The notes under the pieces were generated by a model that saw only the letters and a list, made by a program, of their open reading frames with translations, was not told the DNA's origin and made no database searches. A stretch of 28,820 nucleotides of DNA from Acidimicrobiia bacterium. Its GTDB lineage: Bacteria; Actinomycetota; Acidimicrobiia; Spongiisociales; Spongiisociaceae. The stretch is from NCBI GenBank assembly GCA_041576165.1, contig JBFGLM010000055.1, forward strand, positions 1-28,820. The letters are read 5' to 3'. Below are positions 18,977 to 27,516 of this stretch, piece by piece (the first letter of the stretch is position 1; every line of letters starts with the position of its first letter). Both the position numbers and the translations under genes were made by a program.

Positions 18977-19241
18977 CGAAACCCTCCGTGATGATCCCAG
19001 GGAGACCGGGCAGAGGTCCGATTCCCTTTCGTGATTGGTCGGACCGACGAGGGTCACGAACCCGGGCGGCTGCTCAGCTTGGCAAAAATTGGAAACGCGT
19101 GTGAGGCGTTGGCTGGCATCGGTGAGAAGCGCGGGACATGGCATTCGCTCGCCCGAAGGGAGGCGGACCCCATCGGTCCCTTCTGCTCGGCCGGATCCGC
19201 GCAAGACGGTGGCGACCCCTCACCGACGAACGCTGGTTCAT

Positions 19242-20084
19242 CTACGCATTGCTGGCGCGAACCACTGCGCCGAGACACGCCACATCGAGATCGGCGAAAC
19301 CCAGCTCCAGACCTGCCCTGGTGAGCGTCCGCACGGACTCCATGACCTGTGCGCCGCCGAGTTCCTCTCCCACCAATTCCATGTCCTTGGCTGCCTGCTG
19401 GAGCGAGAACCCTCCCACCGGCGCCTCCCCCGCGATCCCTGCTGCCCGGCCCGATGCTATGGGAGAGATACGCTCGATCACCGATGCGAAAGTCGCCACG
19501 TCCAGGTCCGGCTCCTTTTCCGTGAGCCACGACAGACTCTCGGCGGCGGCGGCGATCACCGACACAAGGAGACCGTTGACCGCCAACTTGGCCGAGGATC
19601 CGCTTCCTGCCGGGCCGAACACCACCGTCCGGGCTGCGATTGCGTCGAACACGTCTTGGTAGCGATCGAACAGTTCCCGGTCCCCGCCGCCCAGGATCGT
19701 GAGCTGAGCGTTCTCAGCAGGCTTGACCGACCCGCTAACGGGAGCGTCGAGGAAGTGCAGTCCTTCTCCCTCAACCCGAGAGGCGATGGCTTTGGTGGCG
19801 GTCGGACCGATGGTCGACGACTGGATGATCGCCGCACCGGGCGTGGCTCCGCTCACCCATCCTTCGTCACCGAACAGGACCTGCTCGACGGCGTCGGCCG
19901 CCGACACCATGACGAAGGCAATTTCGGTCTGCTCCCCCACCGACCGGGGAGAATCGGCCAATTGGACCCTTTCGGGCGCTTCCACCGGCGACCGGTTCCA
20001 CGCCGTTACTTGATGGCCGGCCTTGGCGAGGTTGTAGGCCATCGGCCTTCCCATGGCACCGAGCCCTATGAAGCCAACGTCCAT
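19242..20084 (-). CDS. NAD(P)-dependent oxidoreductase, 3-hydroxyisobutyrate dehydrogenase family
   Basis: GFIGLGAMG, WNRS, SSTI, FLDAPVSGS, AKLAVN, KD; RBS GGAG. Confidence 0.9.
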   Translation of the reverse strand: MDVGFIGLGAMGRPMAYNLAKAGHQVTAWNRSPVEAPERVQLADSPRSVGEQTEIAFVMVSAADAVEQVLFGDEGWVSGATPGAAIIQSSTIGPTATKAIASRVEGEGLHFLDAPVSGSVKPAENAQLTILGGGDRELFDRYQDVFDAIAARTVVFGPAGSGSSAKLAVNGLLVSVIAAAAESLSWLTEKEPDLDVATFASVIERISPIASGRAAGIAGEAPVGGFSLQQAAKDMELVGEELGGAQVMESVRTLTRAGLELGFADLDVACLGAVVRASNA

Positions 20085-20153
20085 GACGATCTCCTTTGTC
20101 TACCAATAGCTACCAGACGACCCCTCTCGCTCACCTGAGCGGGACCGCTTCGT

Positions 20154-21002
20154 TCAGGAGGTCGGGCCCACCACGCGGTTGCGCAGCTGGCCGAGACCCT
20201 CGACCTCGCATTCCACGATGTCGCCGGGCTGCAGGAACCGGGGTGGATCCATCACGAACCCGACTCCGTGGGGGGTTCCAGTCAGCATCACGTCGCCCGG
20301 TTCGAAGGTGATCCCCTGCGACAGGAAATGGATGAGATGAACGATCGGGAAGTACATCTCGGCTGTGGATGAGTCCTGGCGAACTTCGCCGTTGACAAGG
20401 GTCTTGATCCCCAAAGCTTGAGGGTCGGGTACGTCGTCGGCAGTGGTGATCCACGGGCCGATCGGGCAGAACGTGTCGAGGCTCTTCGCACGGTCCAGCT
20501 GGCCATCCGTCTTCATGCAATCGCGGGCCGATACGTCGTTGGCCACGGTGTATCCGAATACGACGCCCAGTGCCTCCTCTTCGGAGATTCCTTTCGTGCG
20601 CTTGCCGATGACGAGCGTCAACTCCGCCTCGTAGTCGGCCATCTGGGTGACCGTCGGATCCACGACGATGTCATCGGTCGGGCCGGTCAGTGAGGTCCCA
20701 TATTTCGTGAAGAGTATCGGGTTCACCGGCGGCTTCGAGTTGGTCTCCCGGATGTGATCGGCGTAGTTGAGCCCGATGGCCATGATCTTGCCCGGTGCCA
20801 CGATCGGCGCGAGGAACTCGGGGTCGACCGCACCTCCCCCAATAGAAGCGATATCGAGGGCCGCCAGGGCGTCGGCTGCCTCGACCAGCCCGGGTGTGGT
20901 GGACACCTCGATCCCGAGCGAAGCGAGATTAACCCAGGAACCGTCTCCTCCCTGGACCACGTGCTCCGGCCCCCCAGGCCCGGCGATACGAGCAATTCTC
21001 AC
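20154..21002 (-). CDS. Fumarylacetoacetate hydrolase family protein
   Basis: IGLNYADH, DYEAEL, GYTVANDVSARD, KSLDTFCPIGP, PGDV.LTGTP.GVG. Confidence 0.93.
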   Translation of the reverse strand: MRIARIAGPGGPEHVVQGGDGSWVNLASLGIEVSTTPGLVEAADALAALDIASIGGGAVDPEFLAPIVAPGKIMAIGLNYADHIRETNSKPPVNPILFTKYGTSLTGPTDDIVVDPTVTQMADYEAELTLVIGKRTKGISEEEALGVVFGYTVANDVSARDCMKTDGQLDRAKSLDTFCPIGPWITTADDVPDPQALGIKTLVNGEVRQDSSTAEMYFPIVHLIHFLSQGITFEPGDVMLTGTPHGVGFVMDPPRFLQPGDIVECEVEGLGQLRNRVVGPTS

Positions 21003-21018
21003 GGTGCGATCCTTCCTC

Positions 21019-21891
21019 TCAGCCGGTTCCCTGGATCTCGAAGACCTCCGACTTGTGCCAGAACAGCAGCTTCTTCTCGGTCCAGGCCACCAGGAAGAAC
21101 AGGATGAGCCCGATCACGCCCAGGTACACGATCATCGCAAACACCCGGTCGATCCGCAGCGTCTGCGCAGAGAGCCTGATGAGCTCTCCCAAGCCCTTGC
21201 CGCCACCCAGATACTCGCCGACCACTGCGCCCACCACGCTGAATACGGCCGCGGTCTTCAGGCCGGCGAAGATGAAGGGGAGGGCTGACGGGAGCTTCAG
21301 CTTGCGCAGCGTCTGCCACCGACTCGATTCCATCGACTGGAACAACATCAGGGAGTCGGCGTCCACCGCAGCCAGGCCGGCAGCCGTGTCGACGATGACG
21401 GGAAAGAAGGCGATGAAGAGTGCCATGACGATCTTCGAGTTCACACCGAAGCCGAACCAGGCAACGAAGACCGGAGCAAAGGCAACCTTGGGCAGCGCGT
21501 TGAGCGCCACCAGATAGGGCATGACAGCCCGCCGCCCCAGCCGCGTCTCTCCGACGACAACCCCCAGCACAAAACCTGCGGTCGCCGCCGCCAGGAAGCC
21601 CCAGATCACCTCTTGGGTGGTGATCCAGAGACCGTCGAAGATGTGACCGCCGGTGAAGATGTTTTTGCTGACGTCCCAGAGTTCGGCGAACGTCTCGGCC
21701 GGCCCGGGTAGGAGAATTCGGGACACGAACCTCATCTCTGCCACGAACCACCAGATGGCGAGAAAGATCAGGCCGAAGGCGGTGATGGAGAGCCACTGCG
21801 GTATGCGGTCGACCCAGGTGCCGGAGTACCACTGAGCCTCGGCCTCCGACATCTCGGCTTGCTTGCCGATTTCTCTCGTGGCTTGTGTCAT
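21019..21891 (-). CDS. ABC transporter permease (SsuC/TauC type)
   Basis: PKVAFAP, WFGFG, FFPVI, KLPSALPFIFAGLK, GAVVGE; 4-bp overlap with ATPase gene. Confidence 0.9.
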   Translation of the reverse strand: MTQATREIGKQAEMSEAEAQWYSGTWVDRIPQWLSITAFGLIFLAIWWFVAEMRFVSRILLPGPAETFAELWDVSKNIFTGGHIFDGLWITTQEVIWGFLAAATAGFVLGVVVGETRLGRRAVMPYLVALNALPKVAFAPVFVAWFGFGVNSKIVMALFIAFFPVIVDTAAGLAAVDADSLMLFQSMESSRWQTLRKLKLPSALPFIFAGLKTAAVFSVVGAVVGEYLGGGKGLGELIRLSAQTLRIDRVFAMIVYLGVIGLILFFLVAWTEKKLLFWHKSEVFEIQGTG

Positions 21892-22724
21892 GGCCGGTCT
21901 CCTCCCACGGCGCCCAGTTCGTCGAGCCGGTGACGCACGTGGCGAACGAGCGCGCCGAACTCGGGAGTCGTCATCATGTCGAGGGTCCTGGGACGAGGAA
22001 GATCCACGTCCACGATTTCGGCGATGCGGCCCGGCCGGGCCGACATCACGAACACGCGATCAGCCAAGAAGACCGCTTCGGGGATCGCATGGGTCACCAT
22101 GAACGCGGTTGCATCGCGCTCGCGACAGATGCGCTGCAGCTCCACGTTCATGTACTCACGGGTCAACTCGTCCAGGGCTCCGAACGGCTCGTCGAGCAAG
22201 AGGATGGTCGGCTCGGTGACCAGCATCCGACATATGGCGACCCGTTGTGCCATACCGCCTGACAGCTCATAGGGGTGAACCTGTTCGAATCCGGCCAGCC
22301 CGACCAGCTCGAGCAATTTCAAGGCCTCCTCTGACTGGGCCTGCGCCACATCGGAACCGAACCTGATCTCGATCGGCAGCAGGACGTTCTGGAGGGCGGT
22401 GCGCCAGGGCAGCAGCGTTGGCTGCTGGAACATGATCCCGATGTCCTGCCTGGGACCGGTCACCGGCTTGCCACTCAGGAGTACCTCGCCCGACGTGGCG
22501 GGGATCAGACCAGCCATGATCTTCAGCAGGGTGGACTTTCCGCACCCACTCGGCCCGATCACGCTCGTAAAGGTCCCGTGATGCAAAGTGACCTCGACGT
22601 TGTCGAGAGCTTTCAGGCCGCGCTTGTGGAAGGTCTTACTGAGGTTGGTGACCCTGACGACTTCGTGGTCGACCGGGCGGGACTCCCGGTCCGCCCGGTC
22701 GATACCATTGGCCGGAGTGGTCAT
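21888..22724 (-). CDS. ABC transporter ATP-binding protein (SsuB/TauB type)
   Basis: GPSGCGKST, LLPWRT, LSGGMAQR, LLDEPFGALD, VTH, SARPG. Confidence 0.92.
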   Translation of the reverse strand: MTTPANGIDRADRESRPVDHEVVRVTNLSKTFHKRGLKALDNVEVTLHHGTFTSVIGPSGCGKSTLLKIMAGLIPATSGEVLLSGKPVTGPRQDIGIMFQQPTLLPWRTALQNVLLPIEIRFGSDVAQAQSEEALKLLELVGLAGFEQVHPYELSGGMAQRVAICRMLVTEPTILLLDEPFGALDELTREYMNVELQRICRERDATAFMVTHAIPEAVFLADRVFVMSARPGRIAEIVDVDLPRPRTLDMMTTPEFGALVRHVRHRLDELGAVGGDRP

Positions 22725-22730
22725 TCCTGA

Positions 22731-23813
22731 TCAGCCGCCCACGTTGGCGTGCGCTGCCTCCACGAACTCGTTGGTGAAAGCGACGGACGTATCGGGAAGC
22801 TCTGCGAGGGTCCCGTCGTCGACCAGGCTCTGGCCCCAGTCCGCCCACGCCTGGGCATCATACGTGCCCCAGTCCAAGCCACCCAGTGGCTTGCTCACAA
22901 CGATCGTGAGATCCAGTAGTGCCCGGGCGAGTTCCGGGTCTGTCGCTTCCTCCGGGTTCATCTCGGCGCAATCCTCCTCGGCGGCGTCCGGGTCCTGCTC
23001 GCCGAACAGCGCACCCTTGGCCAGGCCGTTGACGAAGCCTTGGACCAGTTCGGGGTCCGAGTCGATGAGTTCCTGAGTGGTGGCGTATCCGTTACCGAAG
23101 ACGGTCTTGTACTCCTCTGGGGTGATCTCCCGTAGCGGCAGGCCACGAGCCTCGATGATCGCCATGTCGGGCACCGCCGCCGCATAGGCCTCGATCTCAC
23201 CCCGCTCGAATGCGGCGGTGGCAGGGCCACCGTCACCGACGGGGAGGAACTCGAAGTCGACGCCCTCTTCGAGACCGGCGTCGACGAGAATGGGCCGCAC
23301 GAAGGTCACTTCCGACCCCTCGGCGGTTCCCACGCCGATCACGAGTGGACCGTCCGTTCCCTCGAGGTCGGCCGGCACCTGATAGTCGGAGTCCTCCGGC
23401 ACGACAAGCCCGAACAGGGCCTGCGCGAACCCGTTGTAGATGGCGACGAAGTCCTCACCTTCCGCCCGGGCCGCCAGCAGCGGTCCCGGACCGGGGATCC
23501 CGAACTCGGCCTGTCCGGCCGCCATCGCTTGGAGGACCGCACCGGATCCGTCCACGGCTTCGAATGTTGCGTTGATCCCCTCCTCCTCGAGGAATCCCTG
23601 ATGAATCGCAGAACACAACTGGAACCAAATGACGGCTGACGGATTGGGCGCCAGAACGACAACGTCGGTCATCTCGGTCGGGGTGGCCGATGTGGCAGCC
23701 GTCGTCGCCGCCGCCGCCGCAGTGGTAGTTGTGTCCTCGGCCTCATCTCCACCGCAGGCTGCGAGCACCATGGTGAAGGCGAGCACGAGGACAAAGGATC
23801 GCTGGCGGAGCAT
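22731..23813 (-). CDS. SsuA/THI5(NMT1)-like ABC substrate-binding lipoprotein
   Basis: Lipobox LAAC, Thr/Ala linker, GFLEEEGI, PELVQGFV, FTNEFV; RBS GGAGG. Confidence 0.85.
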   Translation of the reverse strand: MLRQRSFVLVLAFTMVLAACGGDEAEDTTTTAAAAATTAATSATPTEMTDVVVLAPNPSAVIWFQLCSAIHQGFLEEEGINATFEAVDGSGAVLQAMAAGQAEFGIPGPGPLLAARAEGEDFVAIYNGFAQALFGLVVPEDSDYQVPADLEGTDGPLVIGVGTAEGSEVTFVRPILVDAGLEEGVDFEFLPVGDGGPATAAFERGEIEAYAAAVPDMAIIEARGLPLREITPEEYKTVFGNGYATTQELIDSDPELVQGFVNGLAKGALFGEQDPDAAEEDCAEMNPEEATDPELARALLDLTIVVSKPLGGLDWGTYDAQAWADWGQSLVDDGTLAELPDTSVAFTNEFVEAAHANVGG

Positions 23814-23869
23814 TGCCTACCTCCCGTGGGCGTTCTCCTGTGAACCAAGCTTGACAGTAGCAGTGGGCG

Positions 23870-23977
23870 TCACGCCACGAGCCGTTCGGGCGGGCCACAG
23901 GTCGCCAGCTCTGGCCAGCTCCAGGCGTAGTAGACGATCGATGCGAGCAGTGCGACCTCGATGGCGCTGCCGAGGAT
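23870..23977 (-). pseudogene. Remnant C-terminal TM segment of a small membrane protein (DUF6326-like)
   Basis: Reads ILGSAIEVALLASIVYYAWSWP then to TGA at 23870; no in-frame start identified. Family call from memory. Confidence 0.5.
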
Positions 23978-24185
23978 GTCATGTGATCGTCACCTCGATA
24001 CTGGGCCAAGCCAGCACCTGACAATCGCTGAAACCGTCAGCATCCTTCCTCCAAGGCCTCATTCCCACAAACTGTGGTCTCATCACCGCCGGCTGCTAGG
24101 GCCGAACTTCCCCATATGCGCCCGACCACGCCGAATCCCAGAATCACAGGGACCACTGGGATCCGCCTCGGTCCTGGTAGCTGGA

Positions 24186-25514
24186 TCACCGCGGTGTGAG
24201 CTCGATCAGCAACCCGTCCTTCGGCTCCGGCGGTATCTTGCGCCAGTCGTACGACAGGTCCTGGTGGGGGAGGATCCAGTCGTAATTGCGGAGCAGCTGA
24301 ATGATGAAGACGCTCATCAGGACGGTGGTGTACTCCACGCCAGCACAGCGGTGCGATCGATGATCCTCCCCAGGTCCCTGCGGGACGAACGCGTGCACAT
24401 GGCGCTCGTGCTCGGCCCGGTCGGGCGCAAAGCGGTCGGGATCGAACCGGGCCGGGTCACTCCACGTCTCGGTGGAGAAGTTGCAGTCGGTCAGCGCCAG
24501 CATGACCGAGCGGCCGTGCGGGATGCGGTAGCCGTACAACTCGAAGTCCTGTTTGGCGATTCCGAAGAACAGGTTGACGACCGGCGTGTGTCGTTTGAGC
24601 TCCAGGACGACCCGATGCAGGTAGTCGAGCCGTTCGAGGTCCGCGACGCTCAACTGCTCCGGTGCGAGCTCGTCGTCTATCTCATCCCGCACGCGCTTGC
24701 GTACCCCTGGGTTAGCGTCGAGTTGGAGAACTGCGCCGAGAAGCTCCCCGAACACGATGTACCCCGCGATCACCAGATGGTGCAGTTCCAGCCGGCAGGC
24801 GGTGTCATCCAAACGCGTGCCGTCTGGCGCGGTTGCTTGGAGCATCGCCGAGAGACCGTCGCTGGTCGGATTGGCCCGTCGCTCGGCGATTAGGCCGTCC
24901 ATTGCGGTGAAGATTCGATCCCGGGCCGCGATGGCCCGCCGGAGCGAAGTGCCCGGCAGGTCGAGTGGGATCCCATCTGGAGCGGCGAACACGATCCCAT
25001 ATTCGGCGACCAGCGCGTCGACAACCGTTCCCGGATCCAGACCCATCACGTTCTTGCAGATGCAGGAGATGGCCAGCTTGCGCAGGGCAGGGACACCGAC
25101 GATAGGCCCGTCGGTCGCGGACGCGTCTGCCAGAAAGCCGTCGATGAGGACCCGCAGCTCTGGCAGGTAACGCGTCAAGCTCGCCGCGTCGAACGCGCGG
25201 CGCACGAGGTGTTTGCGAGCTTTGTGGGCAGGTCCATCCATGATTGGCAGGCTGACACCGCCGAAGACGTCGAGCACCGGACCGGGCATCGAGTCTGCCC
25301 GCTGGATGATCGACTCATCGATCCAGCGGGCGCACGCTTCGGGTCCCGACATGACGATTCGTCGTTTTCCGAGGAATGAGGTCTGAAACACCGGCCCGTA
25401 TTTCTCGACCCGGCGAGCGGTGAACCCATACGTGTCCTGCAGGAACTCTCGCGTCTCGCCGATGAGCGGTAGACCCGTTTTCCCGGGCGGTGCGGGCAGC
25501 GACGCAGCGACCAT
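24186..25514 (-). CDS. Cytochrome P450, atypical
   Basis: PPG..GLPLIGET, DGPAH, ExxR (ELKR), FDPDRF, heme loop PQGPG....HRCAG; I-helix AGYIV. ATG 25514 preferred. Confidence 0.9.
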   Translation of the reverse strand: MVAASLPAPPGKTGLPLIGETREFLQDTYGFTARRVEKYGPVFQTSFLGKRRIVMSGPEACARWIDESIIQRADSMPGPVLDVFGGVSLPIMDGPAHKARKHLVRRAFDAASLTRYLPELRVLIDGFLADASATDGPIVGVPALRKLAISCICKNVMGLDPGTVVDALVAEYGIVFAAPDGIPLDLPGTSLRRAIAARDRIFTAMDGLIAERRANPTSDGLSAMLQATAPDGTRLDDTACRLELHHLVIAGYIVFGELLGAVLQLDANPGVRKRVRDEIDDELAPEQLSVADLERLDYLHRVVLELKRHTPVVNLFFGIAKQDFELYGYRIPHGRSVMLALTDCNFSTETWSDPARFDPDRFAPDRAEHERHVHAFVPQGPGEDHRSHRCAGVEYTTVLMSVFIIQLLRNYDWILPHQDLSYDWRKIPPEPKDGLLIELTPR

Positions 25515-25745
25515 GGTCCTGGCTTCGAGTGTACCCGGAGGACATGAGACGGGACGGCCACTTTCGGGTGCGCGTGGTGACCGAGACCCTGGAGCGGTTT
25601 CATGAGGCCCGAGGTTGGGACCGTGATGGAGTGGCAAATACCCCGCGCCCGCGCAATCGCGTGCTAGGCCGAAATAGTCCTCGTCGGCCGGAATCGGCGG
25701 GAGTACGTTCTCGCGAAATGGGGCGCATCGGAATGGAGGTTCACC

Positions 25746-26169
25746 ATGGGGCGTCGCCTCCAGGTTCTTGCCGTCCTGTCAGCGCTGTTGCTCGTTGTGG
25801 CGCTTCCGCAGGGGGCAGCCGTCGCAACAACCACCACCACCTGCCCGGCACCCAGTTTCAGAGCTCAAATGGGTCAATCTCGACGGGTGGTGGAGTGCGA
25901 CGATCGAAGGCTTCAAAATAGAGTTTCCGAAGGTGAATTGGAATGGAGCGCCGGGGCGGGAACCGCCTCGCGAGGACTGGAACAACGTGGCGCGACTGCT
26001 CGGATTCAATGACTGGAACGCGTTGGAGAGCTTCGTGTCGGTCGACCAATGGCAGGCGATGGACAAAAACGAAAACGGATACGTTTGCATGAAGTCGCTG
26101 CCGCCTTCGCAGCCCGCGTACCTATTCGTCGGGGTGGATGACCAGTCATCGCGCCCCACCGGGGACTGA
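25746..26169 (+). pseudogene. Secreted protein with EF-hand-like DKNENG loop, split by a +1 frameshift
   Basis: RBS GGAGG, signal peptide MGRRLQVLAVL..AVA, TTTTTCPAP; removing one C at 25851-53 joins to VSELKWV..DKNENGYVCMK. Confidence 0.65.
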
Positions 26170-26186
26170 CCTGGGCGGCCGGCTTC

Positions 26187-27194
26187 TCAAGCGCGCAGTG
26201 ACCTGACCTGATCGTGTTCCGAGCCGGTGCCTTGCGTGACACCCAGACGTTTCGCCCGGCGCAGGCTGAAGACGATCGCCGCCGTCAGGATCACCGTGAT
26301 CACCAGCAGCGACAGATAGGTGTTGAGGTGATACCAGTGGGAGACGGTCATCTTGAGCCCGACGAAGATCAGGATCCCACCCAGGGCATGGGATAGGTAG
26401 TGGAACCGCTGCTTGGCGTTGGCGAGCAGGAAGTACATGGCGCGGAGACCGAGGATGGCGAACGCGTTCGAAGCGAACACCAGGAACGGTTCGTTGGAGA
26501 CGGCCAAGATCGCCGGCACTGAGTCGACGGCAAAGATCACGTCAGTGACCTCCACGACGAAGAGCGCAGCGAGCAGCGGTGTCGCTGCCAGCTTGCCGCC
26601 AATCCGCGTTAGGAATTTCTGCCCGTCGAACTCGTGCGAGACGGGCATGAGCTTCTGCAGGATCCCGAGGCCGCGGGTCGCCTCGACGTCGCCTTCGTCG
26701 GCCCGGTGACGGATCACCTTGGCGCCGGTGACGATGAGGAACAGGCCGAACACCAGCAGGATCCACCAGAAGCGACCGATCAGTGCGGTTCCGACGAAGA
26801 TGAACAGCGCCCGGAGCGTGAGGGCCCCGAAGATCCCCCAGAAAAGAACGCGGTGCTGGTATTCGATGGGGATCGCCAGCGAGCTGAAGAGGATTGACCA
26901 GACGAACACATTGTCGACGCTGAGCGATTTCTCAATGAGGTATCCGCTGATGTACTCACCAAAGGCGTCGGCACCAAACGCAAACGCGACGACGGCGCCA
27001 AACCCCAGCCCGCAGGCCACCCAAACGGCGGATTCGGCCGCGGCTTCGCGCGGTGAAGGGGCGTGAGCATCACGATGGCGGTAGAGGTCGAGTGCGAGCA
27101 GCACCACGATGGCGACGACCAGCGCCACCCAGGCCCAGAGGGGAACGGCGAGGTCGACGAACTGCGACCCTCGGGTGACGATCGCTAGGAGCAC
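26187..27194 (-). CDS. terC: TerC/Alx family metal (Mn) homeostasis membrane protein
   Basis: GYLIEKSLSVDNVFV, QHRVLFWGIFGAL, DVIFAVDSVPA, SNAFAILGLRAMYF. Confidence 0.93.
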   Translation of the reverse strand: MLLAIVTRGSQFVDLAVPLWAWVALVVAIVVLLALDLYRHRDAHAPSPREAAAESAVWVACGLGFGAVVAFAFGADAFGEYISGYLIEKSLSVDNVFVWSILFSSLAIPIEYQHRVLFWGIFGALTLRALFIFVGTALIGRFWWILLVFGLFLIVTGAKVIRHRADEGDVEATRGLGILQKLMPVSHEFDGQKFLTRIGGKLAATPLLAALFVVEVTDVIFAVDSVPAILAVSNEPFLVFASNAFAILGLRAMYFLLANAKQRFHYLSHALGGILIFVGLKMTVSHWYHLNTYLSLLVITVILTAAIVFSLRRAKRLGVTQGTGSEHDQVRSLRA

Positions 27195-27224
27195 CCCATT
27201 GTCCTTTCAGCTGTGTGGTTGTCA

Positions 27225-27321
27225 GCCGAAAGTCTCGCTCCCGCCTCGAATGGCGGTCGGGGGGCCGGGCAGCGTACTGCCGTCGTGACGGACCGGTCCC
27301 GTGGGGCTACTCCCCTTCGAC
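27225..27321 (-). ncRNA. yybP-ykoY (Mn2+) riboswitch
   Basis: Minus strand GTCGAAG-GGGAGTAGC...CGTCACGAC...GCGAGAC-TTTCGGC; P1 closes; directly upstream of terC. Confidence 0.9.
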
Positions 27322-27327
27322 CGCGGG

Positions 27328-27356
27328 AGTATGCCGGATCGCTGCCAGCTTGACAA
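27328..27356 (-). promoter_or_regulatory. Promoter of riboswitch-terC
   Basis: TTGTCA (27356-51), 17 bp, CATACT (27333-28); predicted start near 27321 coincides with the riboswitch 5' end. Confidence 0.7.
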
Positions 27357-27516
27357 TGTCCAATCATTGAAATCTCTATGAGTTCTCTCTACTGCCGCGG
27401 GCGGCGCCATGCCGCCGCGAGCTTGGCGTCACAGAACGCCATACCCTCCCGCCAACAGCCACAAACCCGCCTGGCTACCCTGGCCGGCGGCAGTTGATCC
27501 ATTCGCCGCAACCGGA

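Noticed and set aside
19155-19183. GAAGGGA/TCCCTTC hairpin as operon terminator
   Set aside because: Only a 7-bp stem with a long loop and no U tract.
27350-27355. Plus-strand TTGACA as promoter for the App1 gene
   Set aside because: No acceptable -10 at 16-18 bp spacing; it overlaps the minus-strand terC -35.
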